Below, in pieces: positions 17,793 to 25,519 of a stretch of 32,000 nt of DNA. The notes below the pieces were generated by a model. That model saw only the letters and a program-made list of their open reading frames with translations. It searched no databases and had not been told where the DNA came from. The translations under genes were made by a program, and so were the position numbers. This DNA comes from Pseudothioglobus sp. nBUS_23 (GTDB lineage: Bacteria > Pseudomonadota > Gammaproteobacteria > PS1 > Pseudothioglobaceae). The first letter of the stretch is position 1; each line of letters opens with the position of its first letter. The stretch is from positions 750,001 through 782,000 of the forward strand of contig NZ_CP179200.1 of NCBI RefSeq assembly GCF_051201565.1, read 5' to 3'.

Positions 17793-17818
17793 ACGCGCCT
17801 TATTGGCGCGTTTTTTTT
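17793..17818 (+). terminator. Rho-independent terminator ending the purine array
   Basis: GC-rich stem acgcgcc (17793-17799) / ggcgcgt (17805-17811), 5-nt loop, then T8 (17811-17818). A-tract upstream, so it is potentially bidirectional. Confidence 0.85.
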
Positions 17819-17885
17819 GTCCTAGAAATACCATCATGACATCTTAGATAGATGTATACACCCTCACTTACACATCAAACGAAAT

Positions 17886-17914
17886 TTGGACTTTAGTATA
17901 AGTTGACTTATAAT
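17886..17914 (+). promoter_or_regulatory. Candidate sigma70 promoter TTGGAC-17 nt-TATAAT ending 6 nt before the ATG at 17921
   Basis: Exact TATAAT at 17909-17914. TTGGAC at 17886-17891 with a 17-nt spacer. No SD before either the ATG at 17921 or the TTG at 17903. Confidence 0.4.
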
Positions 17915-17920
17915 TTCAGC

Positions 17921-18652
17921 ATGCAAAAGTTAACACAACAAAAAGTCAATGAATTCAAATCTCAAGGCTATCTTATATTTGAAGATTTTGTTGGTTCAGA
18001 AGTATTGTTAGAATTCAAGGAATCTCTGGAAAGCATCTTTAATGAAATTGATAATGACTCAAATAGATTTAAACAGTCATATGATAATAAGCATTACGGC
18101 GATATTTCAAAAGATGGCCGAAAATTTCTTAAAAATCAAAGTAGATATTACCCTACGATTCAGAGATACCTTAAAAGCAAACCTATAAAGGAGGTTGCGA
18201 CAAGGTTACTTGATGGTGAAGCATTTATTTTCAATGAACAATTCGTAATGAAAGAGCCAAAAACTCCATCAAGTTTTAATTGGCATCAAGACTCAGGATA
18301 CATAAATTTTGAACATAAACCCTATTTGACAACTTGGCTGGCGCTTGATGAAACACATTCGTTGAATGGACCCTTATCGGTTATCCCTACAAATTTAGAG
18401 ACCACTCCAGAAGTATTAACCCACCAATGGTCAGATAAATCAAATGACCTATTTATTGAGGTCGATGAAGCCAAATCAAAGACTTTGCTTGTTTCTGCAG
18501 GAACTCTCGTAGTATTTTCTAGTCTTACGCCTCATGCCTCCGGAGTAAATCAATCAACCAAAACAAGAACAGCTTATCTAGCTCAATATTCATCAGAGCC
18601 AATTATTGATCCAAATACAGGATTAAATAGAAATCAAGCGATTCCAATTTAA
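17921..18652 (+). CDS. PhyH-family Fe(II)/2-oxoglutarate-dependent dioxygenase, substrate unknown
   Basis: The ORF track begins at TTG 17903. I prefer ATG 17921 (MQKLTQQKVNEFKSQGYLIFEDF is a typical PhyH N-terminus). Facial triad H-x-D in NWHQDSGY, distal His in TPHASGVN, followed by a conserved Arg (TRTAY). Confidence 0.8.
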   Translation: MQKLTQQKVNEFKSQGYLIFEDFVGSEVLLEFKESLESIFNEIDNDSNRFKQSYDNKHYGDISKDGRKFLKNQSRYYPTIQRYLKSKPIKEVATRLLDGEAFIFNEQFVMKEPKTPSSFNWHQDSGYINFEHKPYLTTWLALDETHSLNGPLSVIPTNLETTPEVLTHQWSDKSNDLFIEVDEAKSKTLLVSAGTLVVFSSLTPHASGVNQSTKTRTAYLAQYSSEPIIDPNTGLNRNQAIPI

Positions 18653-18734
18653 ACTAATTACTAATTTTATTATTTAGGGGGGCTTTCGACATCGGAGATA
18701 GATATATAGGAAATTCCTAATCAAATCTTGTAGG

Positions 18735-19589
18735 TTACTTCTTTAATTCATTATTCTTAACATTGTCATTCATTTCTTGCTCCACCTTGTCCATCATGTC
18801 ATTATGAGATTTAGATGTCCAATCATTTTCGGAGCTGTTAGAGCCTCTTTGTTTACCATTCTCACGAACTTTAAAAAACGAAGAAAATATTAAACCTCCC
18901 TCAAATAAAAGCCAAATGGGGATTGCTATTAAAAATTGTGATATGACATCGGGAGGTGTAAGAATCATACCAATAACGAATGATCCAATAATAATATAAG
19001 ATCGATTTTTCTTGAGTTTTTGTGGTGTTGTCACACCAAAAATGATTAAAAGGATTGTAACAACTGGAACCTCAAAAGCCACACCAAAAGCAAAAGACAC
19101 TTTCAGTATAAAATCTAAATAGTACTGAATATCAGGGGCAAAGTTAACCGAGTCAGGACCCACTCCGGCTAAAAATCCAAAGATGACTGGAAAAACTATA
19201 TAAAAGGAAAAAACTATTCCAGCATAAAACAAAAGCGTTGATGAGACAACAAGGGGCAGCACCAGTCTTTTTTCATGTCTATAAAGTGCTGGTGCTACAA
19301 ACATCCATAACTGATAGAGAAGATAGGGCATAGCTATATATATAGCCAGGATTAAGGACATTTTTAGAGGCGTTAAAAAGGGAGAAATAACGCCGATAGC
19401 AATTAGATTTGATCCAGGTATAGCTTGAACAATAGGATCTGCTATGAAATTGTAGATTTCATCAGCAAAAGGAAACAGAACAACAAAAAAGATAGTAATT
19501 GCAATGACAGAGCGAAGCAGAGATCGTCTAAGCTCAATTAGATGCTGAACTAAAGGAAGTTTCTCCATTGAATACTTTTGATCAGTCAT
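18735..19589 (-). CDS. tatC: Twin-arginine translocase subunit TatC
   Basis: 284 aa with six hydrophobic segments. N-terminal PLVQHLIELRRSLL motif. Hydrophilic C-terminal tail of about 40 aa. Confidence 0.93.
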   Translation of the reverse strand: MTDQKYSMEKLPLVQHLIELRRSLLRSVIAITIFFVVLFPFADEIYNFIADPIVQAIPGSNLIAIGVISPFLTPLKMSLILAIYIAMPYLLYQLWMFVAPALYRHEKRLVLPLVVSSTLLFYAGIVFSFYIVFPVIFGFLAGVGPDSVNFAPDIQYYLDFILKVSFAFGVAFEVPVVTILLIIFGVTTPQKLKKNRSYIIIGSFVIGMILTPPDVISQFLIAIPIWLLFEGGLIFSSFFKVRENGKQRGSNSSENDWTSKSHNDMMDKVEQEMNDNVKNNELKK

Positions 19590-19592
19590 CGG

Positions 19593-19889
19593 TTATTTTG
19601 TCTTCTTGTCAGAAAGAATATTTTCTTCTCTAAGAGAATCTACGCTGGACTGAATATCTTCTGTAACTTCAGAGATTATAATTTTTTCCTCATCCATGGA
19701 CATTTGCTCTTTTATTTCGTCCATTCTTAACTCTTCGTTAATGTCTGACTTTACCTTATTGAAAAATCTATTGAGCTTGCCAAAGTAAAGTCCTGCCTTT
19801 CTCGCGAGAGACGGCATCTTCTCTGGACCAACGACAATAAGGGTGATGATGCCAACAATGGCAATTTCCCAGAAGCCAAAATCAAACAT
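19593..19889 (-). CDS. tatB: Twin-arginine translocase subunit TatB (short form)
   Basis: 98 aa. MFDFGFWEIAIVGIITLIVVGPEKMPSLARKAG matches the TatB N-terminal TM helix plus amphipathic helix. Confidence 0.88.
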   Translation of the reverse strand: MFDFGFWEIAIVGIITLIVVGPEKMPSLARKAGLYFGKLNRFFNKVKSDINEELRMDEIKEQMSMDEEKIIISEVTEDIQSSVDSLREENILSDKKTK

Positions 19890-19914
19890 AAGAGTGAGTA
19901 ATTAGAAATTAAAG

Positions 19915-20121
19915 CTACTTCTTATTCGTTTCGTCATCAGCCTCAACTTTAGCCTCAATGACTTCATCCTTTTCTTTGGATTCTGATTCTTTCATCGAAG
20001 ATCTGAAGCCTTTGATTGCGCCTCCAAGATCATTGCCAATATTTTTAAGTCTTTTGCCACCAAATATTAAAAGCACAATCACTAGAATAATAATTAGTTC
20101 AAATGGTCCTGGCATACCCAT
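19915..20121 (-). CDS. tatA: Twin-arginine translocase subunit TatA
   Basis: 68 aa. [34 protein letters not shown] followed by an acidic tail. AGGAG lies 7 nt upstream of the ATG at 20121. Confidence 0.9.
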   Translation of the reverse strand: MGMPGPFELIIILVIVLLIFGGKRLKNIGNDLGGAIKGFRSSMKESESKEKDEVIEAKVEADDETNKK

Positions 20122-20261
20122 AACGCTACTCCTGAATAAGAATACGTATATTTTACACTCTAATACTTAATGAATTTAATTACGTGATAGTATTGAAATT
20201 CCTATAATTTTTTAACTAAGTTTCATATAATGGAACATTGTACTAATAGTTGGACAAAATT

Positions 20262-20327
20262 ATTCACATGAATACATATTGATGTATACTTACTCTTGAT
20301 TTGTCATATTTAAGTGAATTTCTTCAC
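20262..20327. promoter_or_regulatory. Cluster of short inverted repeats in the tatA / sugar-SBP divergent spacer; possible operator(s)
   Basis: ATTCAcaTGAAT (20262-20273), overlapping ATACATattgATGTAT (20272-20287), and GTGAAtttcTTCAC (20314-20327). All arms are only 5-6 bp in AT-rich DNA. Confidence 0.2.
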
Positions 20328-20381
20328 AAAAGTATGTAATCAAAAAAGAAGTTTACTTTTTTAAAAAATAGGAGATAAAAA

Positions 20382-21620
20382 GTGAAAAAAATATTTAAAA
20401 ACCAAATAGCTTTAGCACTCGCCGGTATTCTGGCTGGTACTTCTGCTGTTGCTGGAACACTTGTCATTAATGGTGACACTTCAGATCCAGCACCTAAGGC
20501 TGCATTTCAGGCTGTTATAGATGGATTCGAAGCTGAAAACCCAGATGTCGATGTTGTTTATAACCTGTTTGATCATGAAGGCTATAAGGCTGCAATTCGT
20601 AACTTCCTGAGTGCTGATGCACCAGACATTGCATTCTGGTATGCAGGAAATAGAATGGCTCCATTTGTTGAGGCAGGATTATTTGCACCAATTGATGATG
20701 TATGGGCTGATCAGGGTCTATATTCATTGATGGCTTCATCGGCTCCAGGTATGACGATGGATGGCCAGAAATGGGGTATTCCATATACTTACTACAACTG
20801 GGGAGTTTATTACCGTCAAGATATCTTTGAAGACCTAGGTATTGCTGTTCCTACTAACTGGGATGAGTTTATTGCTGCTGGTGAAACTTTAAAAGCTAAC
20901 GGCATTACTCCAATCACTATTGGTTCAAAGTATCTTTGGACTGCAGGTGGTGTATTTGACTACTTAAACCTTCGTACAAATGGCTATGACTTCCATATGG
21001 CTCTTACTAGTGGTGATATCGCATGGACTGATGAGAGAGTGCGCGCAACAATGGCGAACTATCAGCAGTTGATTGATGGTGGTTTCTTCCTAGAAAATCA
21101 TGCTGCACTGAGCTGGCAGGAAGCTTTAGCTCCAATGGCTAACGGTGAAGCTGCAATGTACATTATGGGTAACTTTGCTGTAGCTCCATTAAAAGAGCTA
21201 GGTCTTGATGATAGCACTCTTGGACTGTTCCAGTTTCCTGAAATAACTCCAGGGATACCTATGGCTGAAGAAGCGCCTACGGACACAATCCACTTGACTT
21301 CTGGTGCTAAAAACGTTGCAGATGCTAAGCGTTTCTTAGCTTATGCAGCACGTCCTGATGTTCAGACAGCTTGGAACAAAGCGCTTGGACAACTGCCAAC
21401 TAATGCTGGTGCAGGAGTGACGAATGACAAGTTCCTAAACCAAGCATTTAGCATGCTGAATAACGACGCCCCAGGCGGTGTTGCTCAGTTCTATGATCGT
21501 GACACTAAAGCTGAAATGGCCTCTATTGGTATGGAAGCTTTTCAAGAGTTCATGGTTAAGCCTGAGCGTTTAGAGAAGATTCTAGAGCGTCTAGAAAAAG
21601 CTCGTCAAAGACTTTATTAA
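20382..21620 (+). CDS. Extracellular solute-binding protein family 1 (CUT1 sugar ABC importer SBP), probably galactoside-binding
   Basis: 412 aa. GTG start with AGGAG 7 nt upstream. Signal peptide ...TSAVAG|T. Followed by two MalFG-type permease genes and galactosidase genes. Confidence 0.85.
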   Translation: MKKIFKNQIALALAGILAGTSAVAGTLVINGDTSDPAPKAAFQAVIDGFEAENPDVDVVYNLFDHEGYKAAIRNFLSADAPDIAFWYAGNRMAPFVEAGLFAPIDDVWADQGLYSLMASSAPGMTMDGQKWGIPYTYYNWGVYYRQDIFEDLGIAVPTNWDEFIAAGETLKANGITPITIGSKYLWTAGGVFDYLNLRTNGYDFHMALTSGDIAWTDERVRATMANYQQLIDGGFFLENHAALSWQEALAPMANGEAAMYIMGNFAVAPLKELGLDDSTLGLFQFPEITPGIPMAEEAPTDTIHLTSGAKNVADAKRFLAYAARPDVQTAWNKALGQLPTNAGAGVTNDKFLNQAFSMLNNDAPGGVAQFYDRDTKAEMASIGMEAFQEFMVKPERLEKILERLEKARQRLY

Positions 21621-21638
21621 TCAATAAGGTTTTACTAT

Positions 21639-21677
21639 GTCCCGTGTTCAAGTATTCTTGACACGGGACTTTTTTTT
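21639..21677 (+). terminator. Hairpin + T8 after the sugar SBP gene (intra-operon attenuator/terminator)
   Basis: gtcccgtgt (21639-21647) pairs with acacgggac (21661-21669), extendable with one bulge, followed by T8 at 21670-21677. The next gene starts at 21700. Confidence 0.65.
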
Positions 21678-21699
21678 AATTTTTTAATCTTAAGTAGGT

Positions 21700-22587
21700 A
21701 TGTATTCTTACTGGAAAAATAATCAACTAAAGATTGCACCATGGATTTTTTTGGCGCCTGGCATTTTGATGTTTTCCCTTTATGTTATCTTTCCTATCTT
21801 TCAATCAATCAATTTAAGTTTTTATCAGTGGGATGGCTTAGGAACAAAAACCTACATTGGGGCTGAAAACTATATTGAACTTTTAGATGATGAATATTTT
21901 ATAGTTTCATTAAAAAATAATGTTATTTGGCTAGTTTTGTATCTTTTGGCAGTACCAGCAGGACTATTTGCAGCATTATTTCTTAATCAAACAGTTAGAG
22001 GGATACGAATATATAAGTCTATATTTTTCTTTCCTTTTGTCATATCTCAGGTTGTAGTTGGCTTGGTTTTTAGCTGGTTTTATGACCCCTCTAATGGACT
22101 ACTCAATATCATTCTAGAGTTTTTTGGTTTTGATACAATTGCAATTCTTGCTGAGGAGGACTATGTTACCTATGGAATTATTGCGGCAGGTTTGTGGCCT
22201 CAGACGGCTTACTGCATGATTCTGTATTTAACCGGATTAAACTCGGTTGACCCTGAGCAAATTGAAGCAGGTCGAATTGATAATGCTAGAGGTTGGAGAA
22301 TGCTTTGGTACGTAATTTTACCTCAACTTAAGCCTGCAACTTTTATTGCAGTTGTTGTAACTATTATCGGTGCATTAAGATCCTTTGACCTGATTGATAT
22401 AATGACTGGGGGAGGGCCTTGGGGTTCTAGTCGCGTACTCGCCTATTATATGTATGAAAAAGCGTTCTCTGAGTACGGTTTTAGAATGGGGTATGGTGCA
22501 GCTATTGCAGTCGTACTTTTATTGATAATGATGGTTTATATTGCGACAATTCTTTATAGGCTTTATCGAGATGAGAAGGGCGGCTAA
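21700..22587 (+). CDS. Sugar ABC transporter permease (MalF/UgpA-like)
   Basis: 295 aa, six hydrophobic segments, EAA loop EAGRIDNARGWRMLWYVILPQLKP. Confidence 0.9.
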   Translation: MYSYWKNNQLKIAPWIFLAPGILMFSLYVIFPIFQSINLSFYQWDGLGTKTYIGAENYIELLDDEYFIVSLKNNVIWLVLYLLAVPAGLFAALFLNQTVRGIRIYKSIFFFPFVISQVVVGLVFSWFYDPSNGLLNIILEFFGFDTIAILAEEDYVTYGIIAAGLWPQTAYCMILYLTGLNSVDPEQIEAGRIDNARGWRMLWYVILPQLKPATFIAVVVTIIGALRSFDLIDIMTGGGPWGSSRVLAYYMYEKAFSEYGFRMGYGAAIAVVLLLIMMVYIATILYRLYRDEKGG

Positions 22588-22589
22588 TT

Positions 22590-23438
22590 ATGTTTCCTAC
22601 TCCAATCGAAAGAACAAAACCATCGACCCAACTTCTTTACAAGATAGCGCTTCCAATTTCTATTATTATTTGGCTGCTTCCGCTGCTCGCAGTTGCTCTA
22701 ACCTCAATTCGCTCTGGAGCAGACATTAATTCTGGAAACTACTGGGGAATGCCCACTTCAATTAACTTTATTGAAAACTATACAGCAGTTTTTACAGATT
22801 CACCACTCGGTTATTACATACTCAATAGTTTCAAGATCACTATACCAACTGTTATTGGAGCTATAGTGTTATCAAGCCTGACTGGTTTTGCATTGGGTGT
22901 TTATCGTTTCAAGCTTAACTTGTTTGTATTTTTTATGTTTGTTGCTGGGAACTTTATCCCTTTCCAGATACTTATGGTCCCAGTAAGAGACCTTTCTCTT
23001 TCTCTTGGCTTATACAACTCTGTATGGGGGTTAGTGGTCTTCCATATAGCTTTTCAAACCGGCTTCTGTACTTTTTTCATGCGTAACTTTATAAGGGCAT
23101 TGCCATACGAACTGATAGAAGCTGCTAGGGTTGAGGGAGTTTCTGAGTTTAAAATTTTCTGGTACATTGTTGTTCCATTAATGCGCCCAGCAATGGCAGC
23201 TTTATCAGTATTAATTTTTACATTTATTTGGAATGACTATTTTTGGGCTATTGTGCTGACTCAGGGCGCTGAAGCAATGCCTGTTACTGCAGGATTGAAT
23301 TCTCTTAACGGGCAGTGGGTTTATAACCAGCATTTGGTTTCTGCAGGCTCCATTATCGCTGCACTACCTCCAGTTCTAATGTTTTTCCTAATGCAAAAAC
23401 ACTTTATTGCAGGCTTAACTCTGGGTGCTGTCAAATGA
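22590..23438 (+). CDS. Sugar ABC transporter permease (MalG/UgpE-like)
   Basis: 282 aa, EAA loop EAARVEGVSEFKIFWYIVVPLMRP. Confidence 0.9.
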   Translation: MFPTPIERTKPSTQLLYKIALPISIIIWLLPLLAVALTSIRSGADINSGNYWGMPTSINFIENYTAVFTDSPLGYYILNSFKITIPTVIGAIVLSSLTGFALGVYRFKLNLFVFFMFVAGNFIPFQILMVPVRDLSLSLGLYNSVWGLVVFHIAFQTGFCTFFMRNFIRALPYELIEAARVEGVSEFKIFWYIVVPLMRPAMAALSVLIFTFIWNDYFWAIVLTQGAEAMPVTAGLNSLNGQWVYNQHLVSAGSIIAALPPVLMFFLMQKHFIAGLTLGAVK

Positions 23439-25519
23439 TAAAACAATGGCGTCTTGATACTCAAAATCAATCATTGGTGTTATCCTCTTTAGGTAATCGA
23501 TTGCCTTGCGTTATTTATTGGGGCGACAGATTGCCTAGTCATGAAAGTCCAGATGAAATGTTTGAGGCATCAAAAAAAGACTGGGGAGACAACCTTATAG
23601 ACCTAGTCCCAGAGCTTTCAATTTTACCGGAGCAAACTGCTAACTTTGCTGGACAGCTAGGATGCAAGATCAGAGATTTGAGTGGACAGCTACTTTCATC
23701 CAGTTTTGTTTTTTCTGCTGACAAGGCAAGTAATAACTCAGTCACTTTAATTTACAAAGATAAGGATCTTGGACTAACGTATACAGCCACGATTGATGCT
23801 CTGATCGAGGATGATGTATTTGCTTTAGGTGCCAAAATTGAAAGCATTAATCCAGTCATTATGGAGTGGTTATCTGCTCCCGTTATAGAGGTCTCTCTTC
23901 TTAGCGATGAGATGGTCGATTATGGAGGTCATTGGGGTGGGGAATTCAGAAAGCAGACTACGCCATGGGTTACAGGCGTTCACCTAAGAGAATCTAGGAC
24001 TGGAACCACAAGTCATGCTCACTTTTCAGGACTAATCATTCCTTCAGTTGGAAGTTCTGAGAATGCAGGCTCTTGCTATGGTTTTCACTATGGCTGGTCT
24101 GGTGGTCATCGTATGGTTGCGGAGCAGCTCCAAGATGGTCGCAAACAAATCCAATTTGGGCATACAGAGAATAGTGAATTAACTCCTAGGACAAGCTTTG
24201 AAACTGCAAAACTATATATTACCCATTCAAGTGATGGAATAGGCGGAGTAGGTTGTAACTTTAGAGCCTTTGTGTCAAACTCAATTGTTGATCTTCCAAA
24301 AGATTCGATTAGGCCTGTTCACTATAACTGTTGGGAGGCTATTTATTTTGATCATAGCATTGAAGAACTCAAAGAGATTGTAACCCTTGCCGCTGATATT
24401 GGTGCTGAGAGATTCGTTCTCGATGATGGATGGTTCAAGAGTCGAAACAACGCCAAATCTAGTCTAGGTGACTGGTTTGTCGACAATCAAAAATATCCAG
24501 AAGGTCTGCATCCACTTATAAAGCATATTCATTCTACTGGTATGACTTTTGGGCTTTGGTTTGAACCCGAGATGGTCAGTCCAGATAGCGATTTATTTCG
24601 CTCTCATCCGGACTGGATTATGGGAGAAGCAAGCCAATCTCTTGGAAGAGGACAATATGTTCTTGATATTTCTATCAAGAAAGTGCAGGAATATCTTTTT
24701 GAAAGAATCGATTCACTGTTAAATGAGTATCCAATTGAATATATCAAGTGGGATCATAATAGAGTGCTTCCTTATCCAGATGCATCTCAAACAAGAGCTC
24801 TATATAGTCTTTTAGGTGATCTAAGAGGGGCACATCCCGGCCTAGAAATTGAATCCTGCTCCTCAGGCGGCGGAAGGATTGATTATGGGATATTAGGGCA
24901 TACTCAAAGAGTTTGGTTGTCCGATAGTAACGATGCCCTCGAAAGATTGCGCATTCAGCATGAGGCAGTTCTATGGCTGCCAACCTCTGTCACTGGAAGC
25001 CATGTAGGCCCGAAAGTTTGCCATACATCTGGACGAGAGTTGTCAATCTCATTTAGGGCATGGGTTGCAGCTCAGAGACATATGGGTTTTGAGATGGATC
25101 CAAGAGAGCTGTCTTCTGAAGATAAGCTAATCCTTAAATCTGTAACGCAATGGTGGAAGGAGAATCGCGATTGGATGATGAATGCAAATATTCTTAGACT
25201 TCCCTGCATTGATAAAAGTGTAATTGCGGAAATCCAAATGAATTCAAATGGAGACCATTTTGTAGTTTTTGCGGGTCAAAATGTTGCATCAAAACTCAGC
25301 TCATCTGCTCCACTAGTGCTTGCAGGCCTTGAATCTCAGTCGATGTATAATATTTCTCTTCTCAATAAAAAAGAAATAAAATCACTAGGCAAGTTACAGC
25401 AAGGACTCATGACTAAAAAATTAAAGCTAAGTGGACAATATTTGATGACTAAAGGCCTGCAATTACCTAAAGTTTTTCCAGCAAACATGATGGTTATAGA
25501 GGGAGAGAAGGCGGCATGA
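23435..25519 (+). CDS. Alpha-galactosidase, glycoside hydrolase family 36, cytoplasmic
   Basis: 694 aa with no signal peptide. GH36 motifs YNCWEAIYFDH, LDDGWF, KWDHNR, CSSGGGR and VWLSDSNDALERLRIQH. Confidence 0.9.
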   Translation: MIKQWRLDTQNQSLVLSSLGNRLPCVIYWGDRLPSHESPDEMFEASKKDWGDNLIDLVPELSILPEQTANFAGQLGCKIRDLSGQLLSSSFVFSADKASNNSVTLIYKDKDLGLTYTATIDALIEDDVFALGAKIESINPVIMEWLSAPVIEVSLLSDEMVDYGGHWGGEFRKQTTPWVTGVHLRESRTGTTSHAHFSGLIIPSVGSSENAGSCYGFHYGWSGGHRMVAEQLQDGRKQIQFGHTENSELTPRTSFETAKLYITHSSDGIGGVGCNFRAFVSNSIVDLPKDSIRPVHYNCWEAIYFDHSIEELKEIVTLAADIGAERFVLDDGWFKSRNNAKSSLGDWFVDNQKYPEGLHPLIKHIHSTGMTFGLWFEPEMVSPDSDLFRSHPDWIMGEASQSLGRGQYVLDISIKKVQEYLFERIDSLLNEYPIEYIKWDHNRVLPYPDASQTRALYSLLGDLRGAHPGLEIESCSSGGGRIDYGILGHTQRVWLSDSNDALERLRIQHEAVLWLPTSVTGSHVGPKVCHTSGRELSISFRAWVAAQRHMGFEMDPRELSSEDKLILKSVTQWWKENRDWMMNANILRLPCIDKSVIAEIQMNSNGDHFVVFAGQNVASKLSSSAPLVLAGLESQSMYNISLLNKKEIKSLGKLQQGLMTKKLKLSGQYLMTKGLQLPKVFPANMMVIEGEKAA

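Noticed and set aside
17903-17920. TTG start proposed by the ORF track for the PhyH-family gene.
   Set aside because: TTG 17903 has no SD and sits inside the putative promoter (it overlaps TTGACT/TATAAT). The ATG at 17921 gives a typical family N-terminus. The six extra residues are kept only as an alternative.
18653-18734. Convergent tatC / PhyH spacer: tandem 7-mer ACTAATT x2 (18653-18666) and palindrome AGGAAaTTCCT (18708-18718); looked for a bidirectional terminator.
   Set aside because: No GC-rich stem with a flanking T-tract on either strand. The repeats are too short to distinguish from chance in AT-rich DNA.
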